The notes under the pieces: generated by a model
The model's database searches: none
Told to the model about the DNA's origin: nothing
The model's input: the letters and a program-made list of their open reading frames with translations, nothing else
Made by a program: the position numbers and the translations under genes
Assembly (NCBI GenBank): GCA_000091205.1
Contig: AP006502.2
Strand: one strand, 5' to 3'
From: Cyanidioschyzon merolae
Taxonomy: Eukaryota
DNA: 64,000 nt
Shown here: in pieces, positions 45,100 through 55,400 of the stretch
Layout: every line of letters starts with the position of its first letter
How positions within the stretch are numbered: position 1 is the first letter of the stretch

Positions 45100-45660
45100 G
45101 TCGACCGGGGGCTGGCGGGTACATCTATTCAGCCAATCCCAGACGCCTTCCAGCCTTTATTAGGCCGGCCGACTGCTAACGGTTTCAGTTTATCCGGGCA
45201 CACTTCGAACCTCAGAGGCAAACCCCACGAAGCTGGATTACGTCAGGCCGTCGTGTCTCGTCTTCAGCACCACACAGCGTCTGATATTGATAGCAGCGTT
45301 GAAGCCCCGGGTCACGAACTCCATGCGTTTGTTGCCTCTGGTCGAACTCACAAGTGCAAGAATTGCTAGAACTCGTGCCCCATCAGAGCCACTACAGTCT
45401 CGACATTGTCCTGTCGGGCAAGCACCGTGTCCCGCACATCTCCGCTCTTCCTCGTCTTTTGCTTCTACATCACTTGCTCTTCTTCGCTCGATCGTCGGCG
45501 AGAAGAGGATTTTTCTGTTTCCTTTCCAGTACCCGGCGATCTCGGGCCCGCCAGGACCCCTGACTTGCACGTCCATATCCGCCCCTTGGGTTTCTTACTT
45601 GTCCAAACGAGCACATGTCGAAAACGTCCAGCATAAACCGCAAAAAAAAGCACTTGACGC
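45100..45660 (-). mobile_element. Fanzor/TnpB-like remnant, copy c4.
   Basis: ORF 45238-45576 (-): ...RRCAGHGACPTGQCRDCSGSDGARVLAILALVSSTRGNKRMEFVTRGFNAAINIRRCVVLK. A cysteine cluster is retained upstream of RuvC-III. Upstream DNA is about 80% identical to c3 (atcgagcgaagaagagc.agtgat). The tail aligns to c1. Confidence 0.5.
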
Positions 45661-45787
45661 AACGCACCTGGAGATGGAACGCAATTCAGATGAAAGTCCA
45701 GAACGCACGCTGCGGCACCGGATCGCCGCAAGATCGCAGGCGCGCAGCGTGCACAGACGGCGCCTTTGCCGCTGAGGGTAGCGTCCG

Positions 45788-46010
45788 TCACGAGAAGCGG
45801 CCTGTGCGCGTCTGTCACGAGAAGCGGCCTGTGCGCGTCTGTCACGAGAAGCGGCCTGTGCGCGTCTGTCACGAGAAGCGGCCTGTGCGCGTCTGTCACG
45901 AGAAGCGGCCTGTGCGCGTCTGTCACGAGAAGCGGCCTGTGCGCGTCTGTCACGAGAAGCGGCCTGTGCGCGTCTGTCACGAGAAGCGGCCTGTGCGCGT
46001 CTGTCACAGC
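45788..46010. repeat. 27-bp minisatellite, about 8.5 perfect units (GTCACGAGAAGCGGCCTGTGCGCGTCT).
   Basis: Seen directly. It translates as (HEKRPVRVC)n or (VTRSGLCAS)n in overlapping ORFs and lies immediately beside remnant c4. Confidence 0.9.
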
Positions 46011-46471
46011 TGGGAACGGCTGCACAGCAGTGCTTCGCGCTCACTTGGCTGTTCCAGGAAAGCACATCTGGGGCTATGTCGACGTCAAGGTTGTGTACAA
46101 GTTTCCGAGCGATTAACGGCCGGGGCTTAGGGACTCTCGTTCCACGGCGAGGGCTGCACCAGACAACAGCGAGAAACCGAGCGACGCACGGCGAACACGA
46201 CGAACACCACGATGTGTACGGGTACCTGCACGCTCCGCACATGTACGACTTGAGTCACGCAAGCAAGTGGAAGTACGGCATTGCGACGTTTACATTTGTT
46301 ACAACAGGGCTGGGATTGCCTTTCTTCATGGTATGGTACTCGCAGAAAAAAGCCGGCATATGGTAAGACGGTTTCGATCAAGGTATTGTTGCTGGGGCTG
46401 TTGGCTGCTTCTTGAGGTTGGCGTCTCGTGTCCAACTTGTAAACACTACTTGTTTCTGAGTAACCCACGTT

Positions 46472-47128
46472 TTAGAGATACCGTTGGGGGAAGGAGAAAA
46501 TAGGTTCCATAAGAGAAGCAGCGCTCGGCAAACCAGACGCAGACGTGAGTACGTCGCGCACAAGCAGCGGCGGTTCAAGGCCCAGCGCCTGGGCACGTTC
46601 CCAGCGCTCGAGGCGACTGATACCTACACAAGGGCCGTATCGCACATCGAGGTCAAACATACGTAAAATATCTTCAGCATTTTCGTATCCCTCTGGACTT
46701 GCTGTCAAAGTGGAGGCACCGCCCCCGACTGTCGCTCCCTGCAATGTCGCTGTCGTCAGCGTTCTTGACGGCCTCGGAGCCTTCGTTGGCGTCTCCGGTG
46801 ATAACGTTCCTGACCTTGGTGCCGCCTCCTCAAACGTGCCAGGCTGGTGCGCTTTGTGTAACACGCGCACAGGTGTCGTCGAACCTGGTACGCTTCGTGC
46901 GGAAGCGGTCTGCGCGGCGCCAGACTTGGAAGCGCCACTTAAGGTCGATTTTCGACTCGTTGCTTCCATACGCAGCGTCTGTCTATCATGCTTTTGGTTT
47001 CGTGCGCTAGCCCTTGGAGAGCTGGCAGCTGCCGCGCCACCGGTCGCCTTCGAGACGCCCTCCGAAGTGACGTGCTGCTTGGCAGCGCGGGACCTGCCTC
47101 CTTGCCTCGTTCGCGTCGACACTGGCAT
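46472..47128 (-). CDS. POLD4: DNA polymerase delta subunit 4 (p12/Cdm1-like), with a long S/T/A-rich N-terminal extension.
   Basis: ATG (cat at 47126-47128). C-terminal ILRMFDLDVRYGPCVGISRLERWERAQALGLEPPLLVRDVL matches the POLD4 family core (FDL..YGPC.GITRL.RW.RA..LGLEPP). Confidence 0.6.
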   Translation of the reverse strand: MPVSTRTRQGGRSRAAKQHVTSEGVSKATGGAAAASSPRASARNQKHDRQTLRMEATSRKSTLSGASKSGAAQTASARSVPGSTTPVRVLHKAHQPGTFEEAAPRSGTLSPETPTKAPRPSRTLTTATLQGATVGGGASTLTASPEGYENAEDILRMFDLDVRYGPCVGISRLERWERAQALGLEPPLLVRDVLTSASGLPSAASLMEPIFSFPQRYL

Positions 47129-47449
47129 CTTCCGATAAAAACCTTAAAATAAATTCACCTGAGAACTTGTTTCCAGTACCAGACTATACCAAATCGAAGG
47201 TTTCATGAAACGCATTCCTCTGAGAAGCTCGCGATCGAACGACAGAGGAAGCGCTGCGGGCGATGTTGTGCTGCACGTCCGGCTGCGGCCGGTAACGCGC
47301 TGGCCGCCCGAACGACGACTTGTCGCGGTTCACGACGCTGTTCAACGCAGATTCGCGCTCTACACGGTACCAGCAACACGTAGTACAAGCAACACGACAC
47401 ACTGTCTTGGGAAGCACGCTTCCAAAAGCCTTGTGAACCGCTTAATTCA

Positions 47450-48196
47450 ATGGCGCTTCGCGTTCAGTTCGAGAACAATAACGATATCGGGTGTTTCGCC
47501 CGACTCACGAACGCTTACTGCCTGGTAGCCGTCGGCGGAAGTGAAGCGTTCTACTCGGCGTTCGAAGCGGAGCTTGCGGATCATATTCCTGTCATTCACG
47601 CTTCTGTCGCTGGTTGCCGCATCATCGGCCGGCTGTGCGTGGGTAATAAGCACGGCCTACTGCTTCCGAGCACCACGAACGATCAGGAGCTTCTACACAT
47701 CCGGAACTCGTTACCCGAGAGTATCGTAGTGCAGCGCGTCGAAGAGCGTTTATCTGCTCTGGGCAACTGCATCGCTTGTAACGACTACGCTGCGCTGGTG
47801 CATACGGACTTGGATCGTGAAACGGAGGAAATCATAGCGGATACTCTGCAGGTGGAGACGTTTCGTCAGACGCTTGCTGGCGAGGCGCTCGTTGGCAGTT
47901 ACTGTTACTTCACGAATCAAGGCGGCGTTGTTCACCCTATGTGTAGAGTGGAGGACCTAGATGAGCTCAGCGGCCTCTTGCAGGTCCCGCTGGTCGCAGG
48001 CACCGTCAACCGAGGCAGTGAAGTGATTGGAGCGGGGATCGTCGCCAACGACTGGCTCGGCTACTGCGGCTTTGCGACGACCGCAACAGAGCTATCTGTT
48101 GTGGAGAGCATTCTCAAGCTACGGACTTGGGCTGATAACAATGCATACGATTCGAGCGGTGCATTCAAGTCGGCGCTTATTGATGCCTTGGCTTGA
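47450..48196 (+). CDS. EIF6: Eukaryotic translation initiation factor 6 (eIF6/Tif6).
   Basis: ATG at 47450. Full-length 248 aa. [32 protein letters not shown]...[23 protein letters not shown]...[43 protein letters not shown] is collinear with eIF6. Confidence 0.9.
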   Translation: MALRVQFENNNDIGCFARLTNAYCLVAVGGSEAFYSAFEAELADHIPVIHASVAGCRIIGRLCVGNKHGLLLPSTTNDQELLHIRNSLPESIVVQRVEERLSALGNCIACNDYAALVHTDLDRETEEIIADTLQVETFRQTLAGEALVGSYCYFTNQGGVVHPMCRVEDLDELSGLLQVPLVAGTVNRGSEVIGAGIVANDWLGYCGFATTATELSVVESILKLRTWADNNAYDSSGAFKSALIDALA

Positions 48197-49603
48197 GTTG
48201 CTCCTGCAGCGCACGCAGAGCATATTGGGATACTCGTGAAAGCCGGGGACACCTACGCCTCGAGTTGTCTGCAGAGCACTGATGGAACCGTCTGGGCTGG
48301 GAATTGGGCAAGTGCCCATCCAGATGCAATTTGAGGTGCACGAATGCATAGCTAGAAGGATGGCGTCCAAGCGGGTAGCTGCGCTCTCGTGCACCTCGTG
48401 TCTTTGCTTGAGGCGTAACACAAGCGCAGCGCCATCCTGGTATTCCGCGTCTGGGCTACATAGACAATGGTACTGGTGCGGCTCCGGTGTCATCGTTCGT
48501 GTGAAGCCTTTATGAGCAAGACAACGTAGACGCTGCAAGTTGCGTACGATGACTCGATGACAAATAGGCTCTACGCAGAGCACAGCACTCATCACGCTTG
48601 AGATGGTAGCGCTTCGGTGGCACTCCCGTGTGGTTGGCTAGAATACCAACAGCCTCTCAACAAAGATAGTCTGGGACAAGACGATGTCGGCAGCAGGACC
48701 TGTCAGAGGCGATCAGTACTCCCTATATCGTTTCTGGAACAAAGCTGTCGTGAGAGACGCATGATTTCACTGCATTGCACCACTGCTGAGTAATCGAGAT
48801 TTGTATGCATCCGTGCTTCCGGGATTGAACGTAACGCATTTCAAGTCGGTTGGTTGCGTAAGCAAGCAGGCGCTGCTGGCTACGGTGTGCTCGAAAGCGC
48901 GCGCACGTCCACGAGTGAACGTCATGGAAGCGTGCGAATGCGCTCCTCGATCATCTCTTCAACGCTTGCATGTCGCTCGTCTGCGCTTGTGCGGTGCTTT
49001 CCGTTCCGTCTTTCGATACCTTTCAAACTTGGCACCTGGGACTTGTTCAGTTTATGCCCATGACAGCCAAAGTGGATGCAGAGCAACATCGCTTGCGCTT
49101 CATGCTCGCCGGACGCAAACGCATTCGTTCCCACAGAAAACGTCACGCGCAAAACCCCGCTTGTTGGGCGGGCATGCGCAGCAAATCCGGGACCGCTGAC
49201 AAAGGTGTTGCCATTCCTGCTCATCATGGCGTTGTGCTGAGGTCTCGGCTCGTTTGGAGCCGTGTAGCTCATGTGGCTCCATAGCGCGCAAGTATGCACC
49301 GCAGCTTCGCCAGTTGAAATTCGGCAGCCACGTGTGTATTCTGCGAGAAACTCAGTAATATCGAATAATGCAACACCATTCTCGATTGGCAGTCGCCCAG
49401 GGATACCATTCCGACTACATAAATACGATGTTGCAGACTTGTTGTATTCCTGACCATACCATACTACTGAATTGCTCCAGGCGAGAATCAGATGCCGCCT
49501 CTCTAATGTCCTTGAATTCGTTTATCAAAGGTCGTCAGCGATTCAGGGCAATGCCCACGGCCTGTACGCAACGATCCGCTCCGGGGTCCGTTCGATGCAG
49601 AGC

Positions 49604-50745
49604 TCATGCGCGTTTCGCTAGCAGAGGCCATCTCCGAACGTTGTTCGACAGACGCTCATATCTCGATCCATAAAGGGCCGTCACACGCTTCGACAGGTAA
49701 ACGCACACAACTGCATGCCGCTCGCTCTCGTTGCTCGCTGCATCGGACGTTATCTCAGCGTACCGTGCAACATCTCGAGCGTCCGGCTCTGTTTCACGCT
49801 CTTCTCCTCTACCGGCATCAGCGCGCAACCGTGCTCTTGATTTCTGCATATTGTCCTGCATCCATCGATAAGCATCGGAAAGAATCGATTCCTTCGCTCG
49901 TTGCACGCTCTCGTAGACGCAGCAGGAATGCAGCCCGAGCGCGTTCCAGCACCTCGAGCGGCAGTGCGCTGCCACCGAACAGCACGACGCATCATGCACT
50001 ATCGGGTTCATGTTCATGTTCATGTTCAAGTCCATGTCCTTGATCAAGTCCTTGAGCGTGTCCACGTCCATGTCCATTTCATGGAAACCGTTGGCCAGTC
50101 TGCGCTTCTTGCCTCCGTGCAGCCGGAGCATCGGCGAGTCCGGTGCGGCTCCATCTAGTGCCTCCATAGATTGTCTGCATGAGCCATTTGGACGCTCATG
50201 TGCTCCGTGAATGCGGCGTTCAGAGAATACCTCAGACCGCTGGATTCAGCGCTCAGAGCGTCAACATGGGTCACGACGCTGTCCTTGCACTCGCTGGTAG
50301 ACCGCTGGGCGCCCGCCATGTCGGGCTCCCGTTCATGCCCTTCCCTGCACAAGCTGCGCAGTTGCATTTGCTCGCCCTGAGGATCTCCGGATACATCCCC
50401 TCGATGTAGAGATACTGCATCTGAGATGACGGTTTCCAGCTGCGGATCCGGGTCCGCCGCAATGTCCGTCTCATCGTCTACCCTGACAGGTTCAAAAAGC
50501 TGCTCGTCGGCTGACGCTGGCCTCGGTTTCATGGAGTCTGTATTTGTGTGTGTGTGCGTGTGCGTATGTGTGCAGACGGACAGTCCGTCGGTGCATCGTC
50601 CCTGTGCATTTCGTCTTGTTTCCTTCGTGTGACAGAGAAACCTTGAACGAGCCTCTGCTCTGCTCTGCTCTGCTCTGCTTGAGGCTGCTCGAGCGATACG
50701 TCGCTGCTCGAAGAGATACCAGACCCTCTTCGCTATCCGCTTCAC
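49604..50745 (-). CDS. Hypothetical protein encoded in the duplicated segment (two overlapping ORFs, 49604-50167 and 50155-50745, offset by one frame).
   Basis: D/E-rich, HT-repeat and MN-repeat low-complexity ORFs. The frame offset falls at a microsatellite. This could be an unspliced short intron or a frameshift. Confidence 0.25.
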
Positions 50746-51979
50746 TTGGATGCCCGGTCATGGTCTGGTTGCTATGCTCTACGTCTGTTTTCCTCCTTGA
50801 GAAGCACACGGACTGGATGGGCACTGTTACTAAGACTCGCCTTCTCTGTGTATGTATCGACGCTCTCTCGGACACGTTTTCGTTACCTTCTTGAACGCGA
50901 GCGTGTCCACGCACTGAAACGTGCCCCTGCGCTCCCTCCTGTGCAAGAGACGCGGCCCAACACGGTAGTTCAGGGCTGGTGGAGGTATCGCAAGCGTCGT
51001 CGAAAAACTCGAGTGTTACGGACGTGACTGACGCACCGCTAGATCCGTGAGCGTCAGAGCGGCTTTTGACAACAGAAAAGACGCTTTCGACTGGAATGGA
51101 CCAAGGGAGAGTAGACTGGCAGGAAGCGCAGCTCTACGCAGTCTCAGCTGCATACTCGGTGACTGCTTCTTGTTGTGACGGGAACCGACGTTTTCTAGCA
51201 GCAGGACAGAAGAGCTTGGGAACGAGGTTCCATGAGCACTTCTCAGAAGATTGAGGTTTTTGAAGGATCCGGGCTGTTCAGCGATCTCGGGGCGACCAGA
51301 CGTGTTACCCGCCGCTAGCTAGGACTGTTGTTGCCGTCGCGCTCGCTTGTCTTGGCTGAACGAACTGCGAATCGCCCCTCTTTAACTACCCGTGCGCAAG
51401 TCTACGCGTTCTCACGAACAAAGTCGCATCGAGTGAGACATGCAGCAGTCTGTCCCACGGTAAGCGATCCCTGCACAATACAAATGCAAAGCTGAGCTGA
51501 GCTGAGCTGAGCTGAGCTGAGCTGAGCTAAGCTGAGCTGAGCTGTCCGACACAGGATACGTTCCGGTGGCATCGCGCTTTCTCCCGTGTCCATTGGTGGC
51601 CCTTCACCGCTCTTCGTATCATGGGTACGGAAGTTTCAGAAACTGTGGCTTCGACAGTAAAGCTTCATAGCGAACGCTTGGAGACGAATGGAACGACGAG
51701 ACGACGGTCGTGGAGATCGAGGTCCATAGGTTGCACGTCGGGTGCACCATGTCCAGACCGAGGACTAGGCAGCGAATGGCCCGTGCATCTGCCCACCGAA
51801 GAATGCCTGAATACTACACCTAAGATCCTCTGTCGCATGCTACCAGAGACATCACAAAGTCGTCCCGCAACGCTCTTCCAACATGCTGGATACAGTCCAT
51901 TAGTTGAGTGCCTGCGAGAAAAACAGAGGACGACGATGAAAACGGCGTGCTGGTACAGGAGCTCCAGAATGCACTGCTC

Positions 51980-52108
51980 TGTTTATAGGCTCTCGATAGA
52001 TGCCAAGTACTGGTGTGGGGCGAGCACGCTTGTACCGCCAATTACCACGTCAATCTGCAGATGTGTAGCGAGTCCTCGTATCAGCTCCACTTCAAGAGCG
52101 GTGACTCC
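51980..52108 (-). pseudogene. Duplicated 3' fragment (last about 43 codons) of the SM-fusion gene.
   Basis: ORF 51983-52231 (-) ends ...GGVTALEVELIRGLATHLQIDVVIGGTSVLAPHQYLASIESL. This is identical to the SM C-terminus except for two substitutions, and it diverges upstream. Confidence 0.6.
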
Positions 52109-52499
52109 ACCCCAGTAGCCCGGCCTTGCCCGTTCCACATGATCGACGATTCTCAGTCGATATATCCCTCCGATAAAGAGCGTGCCCTTGGCGACGCAAG
52201 AGTGCACTCGCCCGCACGCCGCACCAATCACAGAAATCGCTGCACGAAAAGCGCCGAGTACAAACTATATCGAATGCCAAGGAGTTCTTGTGCCGTAGTG
52301 GGCTCTCTTCGTTTGCGTGTTAGAGTTCTTGCAGCTTACCAAACACAGAAAGTAAGGAGGCGGACTGCCAGATTCACTCCAGGGTGCTTTTAGTGGCCGC
52401 TACTGCCGCTAAGCGCAGGTCGGGAGCGCAGCGCGCGGGCGAGGAACTCGTTTTGGAACGGGCGCGCCTAGTTGGTCGTCGCTTCAGCAAGTGCGCTGC

Positions 52500-55400
52500 A
52501 TGAACACGTCGCCAAGGTTACGAGGTCAGCGTCGATCGGACTATGCTGCGTATGCAGGTCGTCGACGACAGCCTGCATCGTCGTTGTCGTGCGCGGTTGG
52601 CGCTGAACTGAAAGCCGCTGCTCATGCAGAGCCTGTCTCTCCAGGTAACGAGATACCGCGCACCACTGGCGAGGGTGAACGTACCGGTACGGCCGTGCAA
52701 GGTCCGACAACTTCTCGGATTGATGCACTTCTAACGAAGCAGGCGCTTTCGGACGAGTTACTGATGTCAAAGCTTAGCGACCGTCTGCGGGAACTGGCAC
52801 GGAGAGCTGCAGCCTCTCGTGACGAGCACCTTCGTCAGGCGCAGCTCTTGCAAACGCGAGCTGAACGTGAACAGAAACGAAAGCTAGTGCGCAGCCACGG
52901 TGATGTGAGGCCCCTGAAACGAGACGCAGCTGGTTCGAGCGTGCTGCACACAACAGCACCACGGGGAACCGGCGAGCAGGCAAGCCCGCCTCGCTCCACG
53001 TTCCGGGACGCTGGCTCCATGGACTGGAAGTCGAGCGCGGAGGAGCCAGCCCGACTGACTCTAGACGAGCAGGTTTTGCAACATTTAACAAAAGGTCATG
53101 AATCGGGAGGAACCTCCACGTCTGCGGCTTTAGAGAAGCGCTGTCAGGCGTCCATCGAGGCCCTCGATACCACTGTTCTGGGTTTTTCTGATGCTGATGC
53201 TGCGTCGCAGCGCCTAGCGGAGGACCGCATACTGCGTGAAGCCACCGAAATCCAACAGCGCAACCTGGAGCTTGCGAAAGCGCGCCTGCCGAAGCAACCG
53301 GAACCGCCGCGCTCGAAGACACACCACGACTATCTCTGTGAGGCGATGATCTGGCTAGCCACTGATTATCGAGAGCGCTTCAAGTGGCACGCTGCTTTTC
53401 GAGCACGACTCGCTCGCGCTATCCACAGATTTCATGAAGAACGGAAGCAGCGGGACGCACGTGACTCCCAGGCACGAGAGGTCGCGCGTATACGACGAGC
53501 TCGCCTGTTGAGTCGGCACGTTCAAAAGTTCTGGGAGTCACTCTTCCATATGATGATATGGGAACAGCAGGCACAGGACGAGCGCCTTGCAAAGCGCAAA
53601 CGACAACGGGCTTTGGATTCCCTTGTTCACCAGACTGAAGACTACGTCAAGGTCCTGGCAGAAGAACTAGCGACTTGTGACTCGGAACAGATGGTTGTGG
53701 ATGGAGAGCCATATTCTACCGCGGAACTTGCGACAGGAAGGGAATCGGATCGGGCATCGCAAACGCAGCTCCCGGAGATAACCGCAGATACCGCAGCGAA
53801 TGGAACGATACGCGAGTCGGATACGCAGTCTCTGATGCCGCGCGCTACCAACGAAGTGCACTTGTCGACGAGCCGAGCACGAAGGCCACTTCCTGGTTGC
53901 TTGATGAGCAGCGCGGACGCATCAGTTGATGATGTTGGTACTGGCGGTTACGGAACGCAGCGACAAATTGGATCGATGCCAGGGACTGCGGATTCGGTCT
54001 ACTCCAGTGCGCAGCGACTGGGAGACGCCTCGCCCGAAGATCGTGGTGATGGTGATGGCGGTACAGCACTGCTACCAACGAAACCGGAAGTAGCTGCGAA
54101 CATGTCCGAAAGGTTGCCAAATACATCGCTGGGAGCAGCCGCTGCACCCGATGTTGAAGAGCATTCGGGAAACGCAACCCAGACCAGCTGTGCTGCACTG
54201 TCCACGAAAGAGGCACTTGAGCGGCCGGCATCGTTCCGCTCCGTGGACGACGCTTTGCGTATTCTCTTTCGAGGCCGCTTGCGCCCCTATCAACACGCCG
54301 GCCTACAATGGCTCATTGCCTTGAACGAGAAGGGTCTCAATGGTATGCTGGCAGACGACATGGGCCTGGGCAAGACCATCCAGACAATAGCGCTGTTGGC
54401 TTGGCTGGCAACTGCAAAACAGGACTGGGGTCCGCATCTGATCGTGGTACCCACCTCTGTGGTCATGAATTGGAACATTGAATTCAAAAAGTTCGCCCCA
54501 GGCCTCAAGGTGCTTTGTTATTTCGGGACGCCCACCGAACGAGCTGCCAAGCGCCGCGGCTGGACCAAACCCAATGCTTTCCACGTTTGTGTCACGTCTT
54601 ACCACATGGTGGTGCAGGACGCCACCGTCTTTCGTCGACAGCAATGGAGCTATCTCGTGCTCGATGAAGCGCAACACATCAAGAACTTTCAGAGCCAAAA
54701 ATGGCAGACATTGCTCACCTTCCATTCGCGGCATCGTTTACTGCTGACCGGAACGCCGCTGCAGAACTCGCTGATAGAATTGTGGTCGCTGTTACATTTC
54801 CTCATGCCAAATGTTTTCCAAAGCCATAGCGAATTCCGGGAGTGGTTTCAGGAACCTATCGAGACGCTCATTCAAGCCGATGCAAGCGTCCAGGAGAGCA
54901 TGGTTGAACGTCTGCACCGCGTTATTCGTCCCTTTGTGCTTCGACGCCTGAAGCGCGACGTGGAGCGTGAGCTGCCCCCGAAAACCGAGGAAATTGTCTG
55001 GTGTTCACTAAGCAAACGGCAACGAGAGCTCTACGATGACTTTATGAGTCGAGCAGCTACGCGGGAGAAGCTACTCAGCGGAAATTACCTGTCTGTGATG
55101 AATGTGCTCATCCAGCTGCGCAAGGTTTGTAACCATCCGGACTTGTTTGCAGGGCGACCCATCGACGAGCCCTACGCAAGTCAACGACCGCTGACGATCT
55201 TCATTCCGCACATCATACGAGCAGAAGCAGCGTCTGAGACGGCGCAGCGCCGGGCACCCCGCCTCGTCGATGAATCCATGTCTCGCGAGGACGCTGCTCG
55301 GATACGAGCCCTTACCGCCGCCGCGCGAATGCTCGCAGAGACTTCAGCGTGTCCGACGACATGCTCCGATTCGCAGGCCATATCGCGGGCATCGTTTGCG

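Larger units (their letters stand above)
49351..52108. repeat. Copy 2 of the 2.75-kb direct segmental duplication.
   Basis: See copy 1. Sequence beyond 52108 is unrelated to the SM gene, so this copy carries only a truncated 3' SM fragment. Confidence 0.9.

Noticed and set aside
43400-45100. AT-richer gap between the SM gene and c4 as another element copy.
   Set aside because: I could not find similarity to the remnant family or to any protein family by eye. It is left unannotated.
45788-46010. The 27-bp perfect tandem array as a CRISPR array.
   Set aside because: There are no unique spacers between repeats and the context is eukaryotic. It is a minisatellite.
36721-52108. The two 2.75-kb direct repeats as LTRs of a retrotransposon.
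   Set aside because: The interior encodes host housekeeping genes (SM protein, POLD4, eIF6) and no gag/pol/RT/integrase. The right repeat boundary lies inside a host CDS. It is a segmental duplication.
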